A stretch of DNA of 60,263 nucleotides, filler included, from Catajapyx aquilonaris (GCA_000934665.2; 4 parts of 4 records of this genome joined end to end with filler, not necessarily neighbours in it); one strand, 5' to 3'; positions 27,329-39,526 are shown, numbered from the whole stretch's first letter. The notes: generated from the letters alone by a model not told the origin. A program made the numbers and translations.

Positions 27329-28169
27329 TGTTTTGGTTGGTGGCATGTTTAGATTTGCCGCGCTCTCCTTCTCCCGTCCTATACTGACATCTTGTGTCAT
27401 TAGTGTAAACCTCTTGCTTTTTTTGTGCAGTCATTTGGTGGGAACTGGTTTTTTCTGTCTTTCCCACACTTGCAACGTGTTCCTTTCCACACGTACCTTT
27501 TGTCTGCTGTGTAATGTCTTTGTCTGTTCCTTAAAGGAAGGATTCAGTGATTTTGCATGTTGGGCTTCAGAGATCAAGGAAGACTCCCTGATTCCAAAAA
27601 TGTGGTCATTTTTGGAATCTGACGCCGCGTAAACAAATGCCGTTAGGTGAAAGTCCATATCCGCTACTGTATTCGATACGGTAAGCGTACAGCCAGCGCC
27701 TCCCGCGGAAATTCCGGTAACCTGCCACCACCGTGGCCAATGAGATTGGCTTAGTCTCGGAGCCTGCTCGGAGCCCATTTTTTCATCTTTTCACGGGACA
27801 CGGGTTCCCTCTAGCCACAAGAGTGGAAGCTTCGACCGCTGCATCGAAGCTTCCACTCTTGTGGCTAGAGGGAACCCGTGTTTCAAAAAAAATCAACCTT
27901 GCCTTGAAATTTTACGCTTATGGTGCATTTGCCAACAAAACGGACAGGATATTTCAAGTCAGGGAGTCGTGTTTGATTTTTGGAGCTCAACATGCAAAAT
28001 CACTGAACCCTTCCTTTAAGTGTATCATTGTATGCGGATTGGAGCTGGGTTATAGAGTTGGATTGCTGACTTTGCTGTATCTGGATTAAAATATCTTGTT
28101 TTTTGCCAAAGGAAAGTTTTCCTCTTTTTTTATTGCTTAAGTTTGCGAGCTGTTATTGCGCAGCTAACA
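27329..28169 (+). repeat. 3' LTR interrupted by a MITE
   Basis: Preceded by PPT-like GGTGGGCGGTA and followed by TSD CGGAC. Confidence 0.92.
27535..28015. mobile_element. Kolobok-like MITE (TTAA TSD, AG...CT ends)
   Basis: TTAA|AGGAAGGATTCAGTGATTTTGCATGTTG...CAACATGCAAAATCACTGAACCCTTCCT|TTAA; empty TTAA site in the 5' LTR at 19794-19797. Confidence 0.88.
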
Positions 28170-28668
28170 CGGACGGATGGACAGATCCGTTCTATAAGAC
28201 TTTTTTTTTTCGGTGATGTGAAAAGGCCGTCTAAAAGGTAGGATCAACTAAAGAAAGCTTTGACAAGACAGATACAGGTAATCTTTATTGCAAAATAAAA
28301 ACAAACACATAGCCATAGCCTTTTTTGTTGTCGTACGATGACAGGAAATAATATTGATTATAACTAATATCTTAATAAGTTATACCTAATACAGTAGTTC
28401 GTAGCCCCAACTGATAATATAAATTTGACCTTTTCATTTCTCTTCTTTGGCTATGTACCGCTAGCAGGCAGAAATTCGACGTGGTGCTGACGCATGCGAG
28501 ATGGAATAGCATGCGCATGTTAATGATAAAGCATCTAGATACTGTGTTAAAGCCTTTACTATATGGGATAAAGTTATTTATTTATTGCACTGCAAATGAC
28601 TGCAAGACTGCAATATTCTGAGCGTATCATGATTGTGGCCGTGCGAAGTCATAACCAATGTCATTATG

Positions 28669-30089
28669 TCAATGGCACATAGAACGTGACGTACAGATTT
28701 CGGCAAAGAATGTGAGCAAACCCAACCCGCAAGAGAAGATTAATAGGAAATAGAAGGCACTGCTCATCTGGGTGAAATTGAGGGCCATCAGCCTCTTGAG
28801 GAGGAGGTCCTTCTTCCGGGAATCTGCGACTCCCATGGCAAGACAGGCATACTCGAAGGATCTCTGGAACTTATTGTGGACACCGGATTCCCTGACGTAC
28901 TTGCCCATCCTGGACGTGATCGGAGAGATCAGGCTGTGCTTCTCGGTCGGGATACAACCGTAAATTATCAGGCTGTTCTCTTTGGCAAATTTTGTCTGCA
29001 GGTTGCCAGCTTTGTCCGCAAACTGGTAGGTTCCTGCTATCAGGAAATCGCTCGAACCTATGCAGCAGTGGTCGGAGTTGATGGCCTCCAGTATATGCAC
29101 GTGTTGAGGTCCAGGTGGTCCGTCATGTCCCTGGCTGCAGATGAAAAGTACTCCAGTCCTACAAGAGCACTGTGGAAGTAAGGTTTGACGAACGCGATCG
29201 TGCCCCAACTCCACTTGGGCCATTCCCGGTGCTCCCTGTAGGTCTCCGGGAGGTCCTCCATCAAGGGAGAGGCCAGGAAGCCGAAGTAGAGGGCCTCGTA
29301 CCCACAGATGATGACCAGGGAGAAGGCCCACCAGAAGGAGATGAATATTCGGGGTGGTTGGGTGGAGGGGACCAGGTTCGGGTTCTCTTCGATCAGGGTG
29401 GAGGAGAGGTACCTCAGGGAGTACAGGAGGAGGCGGGGGAAGGACCAGGGGCGGCCAGGGAAGGGGGGGAGGGGACTCCACTTCAAGAGGAGGGCGAGGA
29501 CTGCGCTGCCAAAGACTACGGAGACCATCACCATCGCCCACATGACCGGAGTGTACGGTCGGAGCATCGCGTTCCATGTGTAGCTCACTCGAGGGGCCCT
29601 GGTTATGAACGTGATGGTGGCAAACGCATGGGGAAAATTGACGTCGACCACCAGGGACATAAGATCTTTAAGCATTGTCGCTCCGAATGCTGCTGTCCTA
29701 CTGAGGATTGCGCCTGTGACACCCGTGTAATTTCCATCGGGCAGTGGAACGTCCGGTGACACCACCTCTTCTGAATGATGAGACTCCATCATCCAGTCGT
29801 AATTCATGGCCTGGCTGATGGGAAGAAAGTCCATTATCTCTGCAAACATGGGCAATTTGTTGTCAAAGAAATACTGAAGCTCGTTTTTGCTCAGGTCCAA
29901 CAAGAATGATCCGTTGAGAAATCTGGTTGTGCAGATTCCGGGAGTAGTCCGGAAATATCTCCAGTCCGGATGGAATCACTTCTTCCTTTTCAGGGTCGAA
30001 CCATCCCCTCGTGACCACCCCTGGATGACCCCCCTTGCAAAAGTGGCAGTTGGAGAGCAGCCCGACCATCCCTGGAGGAGCATGACCCT
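28669..30089 (-). pseudogene. Second divergent IR paralog with two frameshifts; 5' end cut by the contig edge
   Basis: IR similarity split over three frames (shifts near 29920 and 29095); ends with M4 AFYFLLIFSCGLGLLTFFAEI and a stop; AATAAA on the minus strand near 28580. Confidence 0.82.
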
Positions 30090-30189
30090 NNNNNNNNNNN
30101 NNNNNNNNNNNNNNNNNNNNNNNNNNNNNNNNNTTAATTAATTAANNNNNNNNNNNNNNNNNNNNNNNNNNNNNNNNNNNNNNNNNNNN
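30090..30189. other. Artificial contig linker
   Basis: N44-TTAATTAATTAA-N44. Confidence 0.97.
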
Positions 30190-30455
30190 CAGATAATAAA
30201 CAACAACAATGTTGTTGCCAAGTTATGGCGAATTGCTGAGTTGTGTACAATCCGCGCGCCACCTAGCAACTAAATGGTCCACTTGCTAATGCCGCCCGCC
30301 TGACGCGTCTGAGCGCACCCATTCCTTGTCTATGAACCCCCTCTAGATGGCGTTTCCGGACACGGGTTCCTAGGTGAAATATGTTTGTCTTGGTCCCCTC
30401 TATTACCCCTAGAAGTTTGTAAAGTTAGCTCGTAAACACCCTGTATAATATACCT

Positions 30456-30671
30456 AGAGCGAGCACTCGGGGTGAAATGTAAGGCAGGCAACAATATTTC
30501 CTAAGTAAAGATGGCGGATGCTTGACATTATTGGACTAATTGTCATACCAGTTGTCATTATTGGTTGTTGTCCCAGTTGCTAGACAACTGTCAGAATACA
30601 ATATCACCTGAGTAAAGATGGCGGCTGCCTCAGCCTGGCTAATGGGAAAGGATAGGGAATACTTCCTCTTA
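30456..30671. repeat. Short dispersed repeat, also at 50884-51066
   Basis: Shared GACATTATTGGACTAATTGT...GTCCCAGTTGCTAGACAA...GGGAAAGGATAGGGA. Confidence 0.7.
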
Positions 30672-30699
30672 AGTATATTATATATTATATCAGAACTCT

Positions 30700-31020
30700 T
30701 TGGCACCAACTTGTCACCAATAGGACAAAAAATGACATGGCTGGTTAATTGTAAGCCTGGTATGAGTATGTGAAAATCACCACCGTCACTGCTCAAGCAT
30801 TTTCGAGTAATTAGCAATTAAATGTGGCCCCGTAGCCCCGGCGACGTGGATAGAGTGCGAATTGGAACGTTTAAACAAGTCGCCCACAAAGTGGCCCAGT
30901 TGGTAAAGGTGCTGTTTACAGATCAAAGGGTCGTAGCTCGTGGGTTTGAGCCTGGTCAGGGACCAGTTTCTATTTCTTCTTCTTCCCCTTCCCCCTCTTC
31001 TTTTGTCTTTTCTCGATTTT
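30700..31020 (+). repeat. Repeat with embedded tRNA-like segment; inverted diverged copy at ~32998-33315
   Basis: Alignable arms; A box TGGCCCAGTTGG and B-box-like GGTTTGAGCC. Confidence 0.75.
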
Positions 31021-31501
31021 TCTTCTTGTCTTTCTTTTTTACTCCCATTATGTCTACCAAGTAATTTCTTGACTTTTGCAAACAGCTGACAGAAAACTTG
31101 GTTAGGTTTTTATTCTCTCGCTCACCCTACATACCTACCAGCTTAGACCATTCGGTAACACTTTTTGGCACTCGGTTTGAAATGTTACGTCAATTACTGC
31201 AGCGGGGAAGCAAGTGTCTGTCCCACTTCCTAGTACTTTATTAAGGAGAAGTATTAATTTGTAAGTCCCAACCAAGCAGTCAATAAATTGTATGGGTCTT
31301 TCCTTCACAAGACAGTCAGAGACATGTTATAGCTCACTGTTCCTGCCTGATTGAAGTGAGCTGTTAATAATAAGCACAAATAAAAGAACTGAAGCCAACT
31401 TCAACCACTTCTAAGGGTTTCCGAACAGCAAATGGATACTTATCAGTTATCAGTGCCTGCAAATGAGGCAATGACAAGGTAAATAGTCTTGCTGTGTATT
31501 A

Positions 31502-32476
31502 CGAGGGCCGTTCCAAAATGATTTACAATTGATTTTTTTGCCAGAAATACAGGGTGATCCAACTTCAAGTGTCGTTTTATAACGGCGATTAATAGCAGTG
31601 ATTTTGCGATGACGTAGCAGCGACGTGTAAAATGTCCCATTTCGGCGCCATCGAAAATATTAGCTGCCAATAGCAGCACACATGTAATCAACCCTGCTGC
31701 TGGGTTGACCTGGAAAAAAGGAGGTGCACACATGACCTGCGATGCGCCTGGGTGAAATGGGTGACGTCCAAGGCACCAGATGGACCATGGACCTGTAATG
31801 CAAGGGGGAAGCCTGCAAACGAAACACAGCTAATATTTTCGATGGCGCCGAAGTGGGCCATTTTACACGTCTCTGCTACGTCAATTGTAAAGCGCTTCTA
31901 TTAATAGCCGTTATAAAACGACACTTGAAGTTGGACCACCCTGTATAGGGCCCTTGCAGGTCGGTAGATAGGCATACATTATCGATAGAACCCTCCTGGA
32001 GCCAAATGCATAGGAGTAATGGGTGGGCCAACCTCTCCAGGCCCTCCAAGAACCACTTTTTGGAGGTGCAGCGCACCCACTCCTGGACAACTGCTCACAG
32101 TCAACACCTGTCAACATGTCCTGGAAATGGTGTTGGCGAACGGTTTTTTTCATGGATAGGACTTTTGGTGCTGCCACACCCGCCGAACTCCCCCGGCCTG
32201 GCCCCTGTGACTTTCACCTGTTTGGAGACATGAAAAAACCCCTTCACTGATCCCATTTCGAGGACATTGTTGACTGTGAAGTGTTGTCCAGGAGTGGGTG
32301 CGCCGCATCACCAAAGAGTTGTTCCTGGAGGGTCCGGAGAGGTTGCCACACCCATGCCTCTTATGCATTCTGCTCCAGGAGGGTTCTATCAATAATGTGT
32401 GCCTATCTTCCGACATGCATGAGCCCTGTATTTGTGGCAAAAAAATAAATTGTAAATCATTTTGGAATGGCCCTCG
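31502..32476 (+). mobile_element. Mariner derivative with a duplicated 3' end (foldback)
   Basis: TA|CGAGGGCC...GGCCCTCG|TA; spacer encodes LPHPPNSPGLAPCDFHLFGDMKK and both arms encode the transposase C-terminus. Confidence 0.88.
31550..31943. mobile_element. Tc1/mariner-type MITE nested in the left arm of the mariner derivative
   Basis: TA|CAGGGTG...CACCCTG|TA with ~115-bp TIRs; sister copy at 53316-53706. Confidence 0.92.
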
Positions 32477-32566
32477 TAGCATTTCCTCAATATCGAATTA
32501 TCGAAGTGCAGTTTATTCCTGGGATGCACACAACAACAGTGTCACGGGGAGGCGGCGGAAGTTATA

Positions 32567-32874
32567 ATAATCATCATCATCATTCATACCCCGTTATCAG
32601 CCGGCGGCTCTTTAGAGGGGGGAATTCATCCCAATTTTGTTTTGACTGGAACTCTTTGCTTTCATTTTACTTCGCTTTGTGGGATAGCCGGATAGGATAG
32701 GGACGGAAGAAAGCGGCTGTGGCCTATTTTTACGGAAACGACCCCGGAATTATCCTGGTAGGACCGTGGGAAACCACAGAAAACCACGGTCAGGGTCGGC
32801 GGCCCCGGGATTCGAACCTAGGACCTCCCGATTAGCAGGCGGACTCCATATCCACTACACCAACCTTCTTCAGT
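32567..32874 (-). mobile_element. tRNA-derived SINE, family C (body resembles Lm1/Talua-type insect SINEs)
   Basis: TGGTGTAGTGG A box, GGTTCGAATCC B box, GGTTTTCTGTGGTTTCCC core, (TGA)n tail, 14-bp TSD CGGYGGAAGTTATA. Confidence 0.88.
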
Positions 32875-33580
32875 CGGTGGAAGTTATACAATACATCCAA
32901 CTGTGCATCCAACATTTTCATTTGGTCCACCGCTTTTTTGAATTAATGCAATCAGTAGATGGTTTTACAGTATGGATGGCTCATGCTCTCCACACATAAA
33001 AAGACGAAAGAAAAGGGGGAGGGGGAAGAAAATAAGAAAAAAAACGCAAATAGAAATGGGTCCCCAACCGTGCTCGAACTTACACCCTTTGATCTGTAAA
33101 CAGCAGCATTACCAACTGGGCCACTCGACCTTAACTTGTTTAGAAAGTTTCCAATTCGCCCTCTATCCCCGTCGCCGGAGCTATGGGGCCACATTTAATT
33201 GCTAATTACTCGAAAATGCTTGAACAGGGACGGTTGTGATTTTCACATATTCATACCAGGCCTACAATTGACCAGCCATGTAATTTTTGTTCCGAATGTT
33301 GGTGCTGATAGTTCCCTTGTAAGTAAACAGTTAGGGACTGCTAATATATGTCCAGCACTGTACAAGACTACCTTACTGCATCCTGTGATCAGGTTGTATG
33401 AATAAAAATTAACACAAGCTGCAAGTTGCTAAGTATGAGTGTCAATGAGTGTCAGTATGTGTTAGTGCCATGGAAAAAAAAAAATCAATGGAAAGTTTGT
33501 ATGAGTTGTAGTTTGTGCTAACTGATGCAAACTGTCAAGTTACTCTAACTATTGGATTTTTGGATGATAGCTGCTAACTA

Positions 33581-33818
33581 CAGTTCCCTCAAGAAGTCCG
33601 GATACAAAAGGCGTGGCCAAGTTCCCCCCACCCCGTCTCCCCCTTCTCTTTTCTCTTTGTGGTCATCACCTTTCACTTTCTCTCCACCAATGGGCAAGAA
33701 CTAGCCTATCCTGGCACATTGTTTCCCCCACCAAACACCCAAAATCCTATGTATAAAAAATGTGGGCACTCTCTTCTGTCCAGGCCTTCTTTTGTATCCA
33801 GACTTCTTGAGTGAACTG
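33581..33818. mobile_element. Tc1-type MITE (second copy at 36836-37074)
   Basis: CAGTTCNCTCAAGAAGTCCGG TIRs; two closely similar copies. Confidence 0.85.
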
Positions 33819-34185
33819 GATTGAGGGTTAACTGTGGACAGCCTCTACATTTTGCATCATGTCTGTTGTAGCTGTATGTCCAAGGGAATGGAGAAATGAA
33901 GTCCTGAAACTTGAAGCTCCTATCATGCATAAAAGGGGAAAATTGTACTCAAAATGACAGCAGCATTCAGGGGGATCATCTTTTGTTGCCTAATGCCCTA
34001 CCATCCTTTTCCAACATTTCAATTCTAGGATCCACACCAGCATTTTTGTTGCCCGTTTTTATCAACTCCTCTCTCAAATGTGAAGGTTAAGTGAGACATT
34101 TTTGTCTTGGATTTTGTTCCCATGAGTGCCACTATGTGGGATTATTTGAGCACTATGCATATCTATCACCTTCATGTATTTTCAG

Positions 34186-34337
34186 ACTCAAATCTTGACC
34201 TGGAAAATTTTGGAAAGAAGAAGAAAAAGAAGAAGAAGGTGTTTAACTTGGAAGAGATTGAAGCAGCCCTTCCAGATGGTGAAAAGCAAGACGATGGAGA
34301 TCGTGAAGTTGCTTTCCGAGAAGACTCCATGATGGAG
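34186..34337 (+). CDS. EIF2S2: eIF2-beta exon (second lysine box)
   Basis: DLENFGKKKKKKKKVFNLEEIE; ttttcag acceptor and GAG|gtttgt donor; phase fits the next exon. Confidence 0.88.
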
Positions 34338-34754
34338 GTTTGTCATGTAATGGCTTTATAATATTTTTTGGAAATAGTTGTGTGTGTGTGTTCAAATACA
34401 GGTAGCAGGATTTGCTCTCTGATGGCACAGACAAGTTCCTTTTGTACAAAGAGATGTAGTGGAACTATATTTTATTGTCAAATTTTGTTAAAGCCTTTTA
34501 CATTTTTGAAACATAGACCAAACTATCCGGGTTCCACTGTAGATAAGGTCTTCTACATCACAAATGGTGGCCAGGCAAAAAAGTATCAGGTTCTGATACA
34601 AGTTTGCGATTTTTGTGTAGGGATGCTTCTAAGGGTAAAATTGTGGAGAGCCTTGTGTGGCGGAGACAGACTTGAATGACCAGGTAAAAAACCAAATCAT
34701 CATGTCAGTCACATCTGGCTTGCTAACGAAACCCAAAGTATTTTCCCCCCAAAA

Positions 34755-34755
<1 letters not shown>

Positions 34756-34814
<59 letters not shown>
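34756..34814. repeat. (ATT)n microsatellite
   Basis: Perfect tandem array. Confidence 0.95.
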
Positions 34815-36044
34815 GTGAGTAGTTGCATTTTTTCACTTGAAATTGATTACGGGTCCACTTGAATATTTTAAAAAATATTTAAGATTTTTTTCGCTAAATT
34901 AAACATGATATTTTATATGATGATTCAGAATCCAAATGGCAGTCCAATGGAGGTTGCTCACACACTTTTTTGCTTCCAGAAGGCAGGAGGAAGCAGGTGA
35001 TCACAAGGTGTTCAAAGGCAAGACATGTTGGCCTCCACCCTCAGTTTGACTGTACTTGCTCTTACTGCCGTGCGGGTGGCGGGAGGGTAGTAGTCGGTGG
35101 GGGCAGCGGGCTGTGTCGCTAAGATAGGTCTGTATCCGCAAGGAAGGAAGGTTAGGCTTGGTTAGGTTAGGTTGGTACGGTACACCATACCCCTTCCAAA
35201 ATCCAAAAAATCAATCTGCCTTTGCGATATAGCCAAGCCGCCCCCAGCCACCACTCCCCCTGCCACGTCTCACACGCCAGTACGGGTTTGTCTTTCCCTC
35301 AGTTTTATTGATATCAGATAATGGGCAAAAGCACTAGCTGATAAACCATTTGTTGTAAAAGCTGTTTTTCTATGAGCCACCTTTGTTGGATGGTTTTGGT
35401 ATGTAGTCGGCCACCGGTTATCCGTATCTCATTGTATGGTTTCCGTTATCTGCAGTTTTCACATTTTTGCTAAATGGTAAATAAAATATTTAATTTTTAA
35501 AATGTGACATGATGTGTTTTGGTTACAGTACACACAGTATTGTTATAACTATCCTATTTTATTGTTAATGGTTTTTCTTGATGTCTAAATGTGTATAATT
35601 CGTAAATGAAACTTATCACAGGTATGTATGTTCAAAAAGTTACATTATAAGGGGTTCAGTTTATTTGTGGGGGGGTTTAGAACCAATTACCGTGGATAAC
35701 TGAGGGCCAACTGAATATCATTCATGAACCATGATTCATTGACCTGAACTTATATGTGTGAGTGGGAACAAGCCAAAGCAACTACTGCTATCTGTCTAGC
35801 TGAACTCTCACCTTACCTCCTCTCATTGTCAGTTACACTGCTCTACACCAGCCTTTGTAACATCCTAATTGTGATATAATTTTGCCATATTAAGAATTCG
35901 GTCAAAGCTTTCCTTGTTGTAACCTTAATCTGATCTTTATGTAATGCCTCTTTACCAATGAGTGTGGACAGACTGAGTGATGGGAGGTTCAGGCAAAAAA
36001 AAAATATTTGTTCATATTCTTAAGATCCTGATTTTTTTTTTCAG

Positions 36045-36162
36045 GATGACATTGATCTTGACATGGACTTCTCTAAAACCAAGAAGAAGAAAAAGAAGAA
36101 GAAGGATTTAGATGAACTGGTGGCAGAGGATGAAAAGGAAAAGGTTGAAGAGAAAGAAGCAG
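36045..36162 (+). CDS. EIF2S2: eIF2-beta exon (third lysine box)
   Basis: DDIDLDMDFSKTKKKKKKKKDLDELVAEDEKEKVEEKEA; canonical splice sites, phase 0 in and phase 1 out. Confidence 0.92.
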
Positions 36163-36356
36163 GTAAACATATGCTTCATTTTAAATGTTTTACAAAATAA
36201 TAATGACAATGTCATGAATTTGGAATATATTATGATGACATCCGTATCGTCAATATTTTGTGGGCCCTCACCTTGGTCATCTCGCCTTTATATTTTGGTG
36301 TGTATGCTGTGAACACGAACGTGATGGCCTTGGACTTGTTTCAGTGGCAATGTCTA

Positions 36357-36706
36357 ATAATAATAATAATAATTTGGGTAATGCAAACCTCCCGCAGAGG
36401 AGGTATTGCATGGACCTTTATTTCATTAGGACTGGTGTACATGGTGTACATTTTTGTAACCTTTTGGCGAAGCGCCCGTGTCCGTGGGCAGGTGACTAGG
36501 AGGGAAGGTGCAAGTGCAATGTCAATAACGGTACATTTTGTGAACTCCCCCGGATGGATTAGTCTAGCAGAGATTCTACCCGAGACGAAGCCAGAGACGA
36601 CCCAACTCTGCACGAGATGAAGGGGGGAATGCCTGGGCTTGGGATCGAACCCGGTACCCTTACATCCGTGGGCTCATACGTTACCACAGCTCCACTCCGT
36701 CTCCCC
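36357..36706 (-). mobile_element. tRNA-derived SINE related to family B, with a different tail
   Basis: GGGGAG head, GGTTCGATCCC B box, GACATTGCACTTGCACCT core, (TAT)n tail, ~14-bp TSD. Confidence 0.85.
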
Positions 36707-36835
36707 AGTAGCAATGTGTACTTTACCTGGAGGTTCCAAGGGAACTGCTTATCCCTTTGGATGTGTAGTTATTTAATTAATTTTTTCGCGCAGTATAGCC
36801 TCTGCTGCTTTTGTGCCATAAAACCTCCATATCTA

Positions 36836-37074
36836 CAGTTCGCTCAAGAAGTCCGGTCACAAAAGGGGTGGCCACAAGCCTCCCACCCCGTCTCCCCCTT
36901 CTCCTTTCTCTTTGTGGTCATCACCTTTCACTTTTCTCTCCACCAATGGGCAAGAACTAGCCTGTCCTGGCACATTGTTTCACCCACCAAACGCCCAAAA
37001 TCCTATGTATAAAAAATGTGGGCACTCTCTTCTGTCCAGGACTTCTTTTGTGACCGGACTTCTTGAGCGAACTA
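36836..37074. mobile_element. Tc1-type MITE (copy of 33581-33818)
   Basis: Same TIRs and body. Confidence 0.85.
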
Positions 37075-37080
37075 TATCTA

Positions 37081-37664
37081 CAGTAAAACTTCTATAAGTC
37101 GAATCTCCATGGGACCGGGAAAAAACTTCGAGTTATAGAAGATTCGAGATAGGGAAGTTTGGAATTTTTTAAACACATCACTCTATAAGGAACCCTACAT
37201 TTATGTCCTGAGATGAAATGTGTTCAAAACTTAAAAATAACTGTCACTATCACATTTACAATGTTCCTCATTGTTTTGGTGTAAAAAAAACTCCATTATG
37301 GACATTTGCCTACTCTTAGATTCAAGGATTCAATTGTCACAATCGAGTCAAACACTTCTTTCGGTACGTCTGGTAGACGGAGATCGGGAAATGGAGCCTT
37401 TCCATATATGTGGCCTACTCTCGACCCTTCGGCTGGGAAATGAGAAAATTTTCCATACTCGCCAACATGAACTTCGACTTAGGGAGACTGAAAATGCATT
37501 GATATCCCATGGTAAGGCCCTGCCATCACTTCGAGTTATGGAGAACTTCGAGTTATAGAAATTCGAGTTAGGGAAGTTTATTTCCTATTATTTTACATTG
37601 TGACCAACCAAGCTCATCATTTTCTTTGACTTATAGAGAACTTCGACTTAGGGAAGTTTTACTG
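37081..37664. mobile_element. Tigger/pogo-type MITE
   Basis: TA|CAGTAAAACTTC...GAAGTTTTACTG|TA with repeated TTCGAGTTA subterminal motifs. Confidence 0.85.
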
Positions 37665-38345
37665 TATTTATCTTATCCCTTTGGCCCCTGGCCTTACCTT
37701 TATTACAAGAAGTCTGATCACTGCTCTTTTTTCTTAAGCCACTCAACTGTGCATTTTTATCATTTTTGACATCATTTTAAAATCTTACTCTGAGGATGGA
37801 TCAAATGAAAGCAAGTAAAGCAAAAGAATTTATTTACACGACATTTGGGATACTGCTTGAGACAGTTGCAGACTCATGTGAAACTCCTAAGTTCAGGCAC
37901 TTTTCCAATAGGTGAAGTGGCAGTCATACAGTACTGTGCAAAGACGGTGGCATGCCTTCTGGTGTGCACTGAGGAAGAGAAGAGAGCTGTTATTCGGTTT
38001 TGGATATAGAACAGACAAATCCAGTCTAAATGTATTGGCGAATGCAGGCAGTACTGTACCACAGATCTGTCATGTATCTTGCAATCACTTGTTTATGAGT
38101 AGTGTTAATATTTCAGAAAAGATAAAGTAGTTTCACGTACCATGGTCAGGTCCATCGAATCTAGTCTGTGATATCTTCAATTTTTTTACACCCCTTGCAG
38201 ACAGAGATACGTGGCAGATTCATATTGTTAGTGCATTATAATTTGTTGGAAATTGTTCCTTGCATGCACAAAACTGAATAACACCACTGCTGCTCCTCGG
38301 TGAATTTCTGAAGAGTCACCACCAAGTGTTTATATGGAGAAATCT

Positions 38346-38665
38346 GGGGGCATGGTGGTCTAGTGGCTATGCTACTGGCAAGCCAAGCGGGAGGTCCGGG
38401 ATTCAAATCCCATCCCCGTCACCTTCGCTTGGTCTGGTCTTTATCCGTTTTTCACCCTACATGTCTGGGCAGAATTGCACTCCATTCTCTGTCCAGGGCC
38501 AAGAGAAAAGGTCTGGTATTTCAGAGGGTATGAAATGACTGAAAACTATTTAAGAGTGCCCTCCCTTGGGAATCTCCCCTTCNNNNNNNNNNNNNNNNNN
38601 NNCCCCCCCCCCCCCTAAAAGGGCCCAAGGCCCTATCATGGGGTAATACAAAACAAACAAACAAA
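38346..38665 (+). mobile_element. tRNA-derived SINE, family A
   Basis: Homologous to 6801-7076; TSD ATGGAGAAA(A)TCT. Confidence 0.88.
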
Positions 38666-39318
38666 ATGGAGAAAATCTCATTTTATTTGCTCAAGCTATG
38701 TATATTGAGAACTTACCTTGACATATAGAGGGTGTCTCTTAGTATTTGTCATCCGCCAGCAGCATGCTCATTGACCCAAAACAAGCTAAAAATGTATGGG
38801 GGAAGAAATGTTGAGAGATCAACCAGTAATGAGTAAATGACCAGACACATGGGCCTGCCCATAGACACATGTGGCAACATATGACATCTTTTTGTAGGGA
38901 GATCATTTAACAGATGGACCTGCCTGCATTCAGTGGTTACCTAGGGAGCAAAATACGAGTGGGATAATCACTGCGAACGAGCTCCTTGCAAAATTCCATC
39001 AGTAATGATTATCATCGCCCTCATGTCATGCTCCATAGGCAATTGTTGTAGGGTTAGCTGGTTCATGTATTAGGCAATCTCCCTACAAAAAGTGTTGTGT
39101 GTATTTCCACATTTGTCGAGGGGCAGGCCAATGTGTATGGTTGTCTTCCTCATGACCCATTGGTTTCTCAACAATCCCCCCCCNCCCCCCCCTCCCTACA
39201 TTTTCAACTTGTTTTGGTCCAAGGAATACGCTGGCTGCCATAGGACCTACTAGTAAGAAACATTCAGATTCTGTAAAATTATAAAGATAATCTTCATTTT
39301 ATATGATGCATGTTTATA

Positions 39319-39526
39319 CAGGGTGTTTCAACTTTTTGTCAGAACAGTTATCAGAAATATTGCACTAAGCTGCTACTTTGTAAGCAGTGTATGCCACTTC
39401 AACCTAAGATTCGCAGGGAATATTCCCCATTCCTCCGACAAACCGGTTGCAAGTCACTGCTTACAAAGTAGCAGCTTATAGTGCAATATTTCCGATAACT
39501 TCGGACAAAAAAGTTGAAACACCCTG
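39319..39526. mobile_element. Tc1/mariner-type MITE
   Basis: TA|CAGGGTGTTTCAAC...GTTGAAACACCCTG|TA with ~70-bp TIRs. Confidence 0.9.

Larger units (their letters stand above)
19586..28169 (+). mobile_element. BEL/Pao LTR retrotransposon, internally deleted and filled with other TEs
   Basis: TG...CA LTRs at 19586-19948 and 27329-28169, perfect 5-bp TSD CGGAC, PBS and PPT present, gag remnant. Confidence 0.93.
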
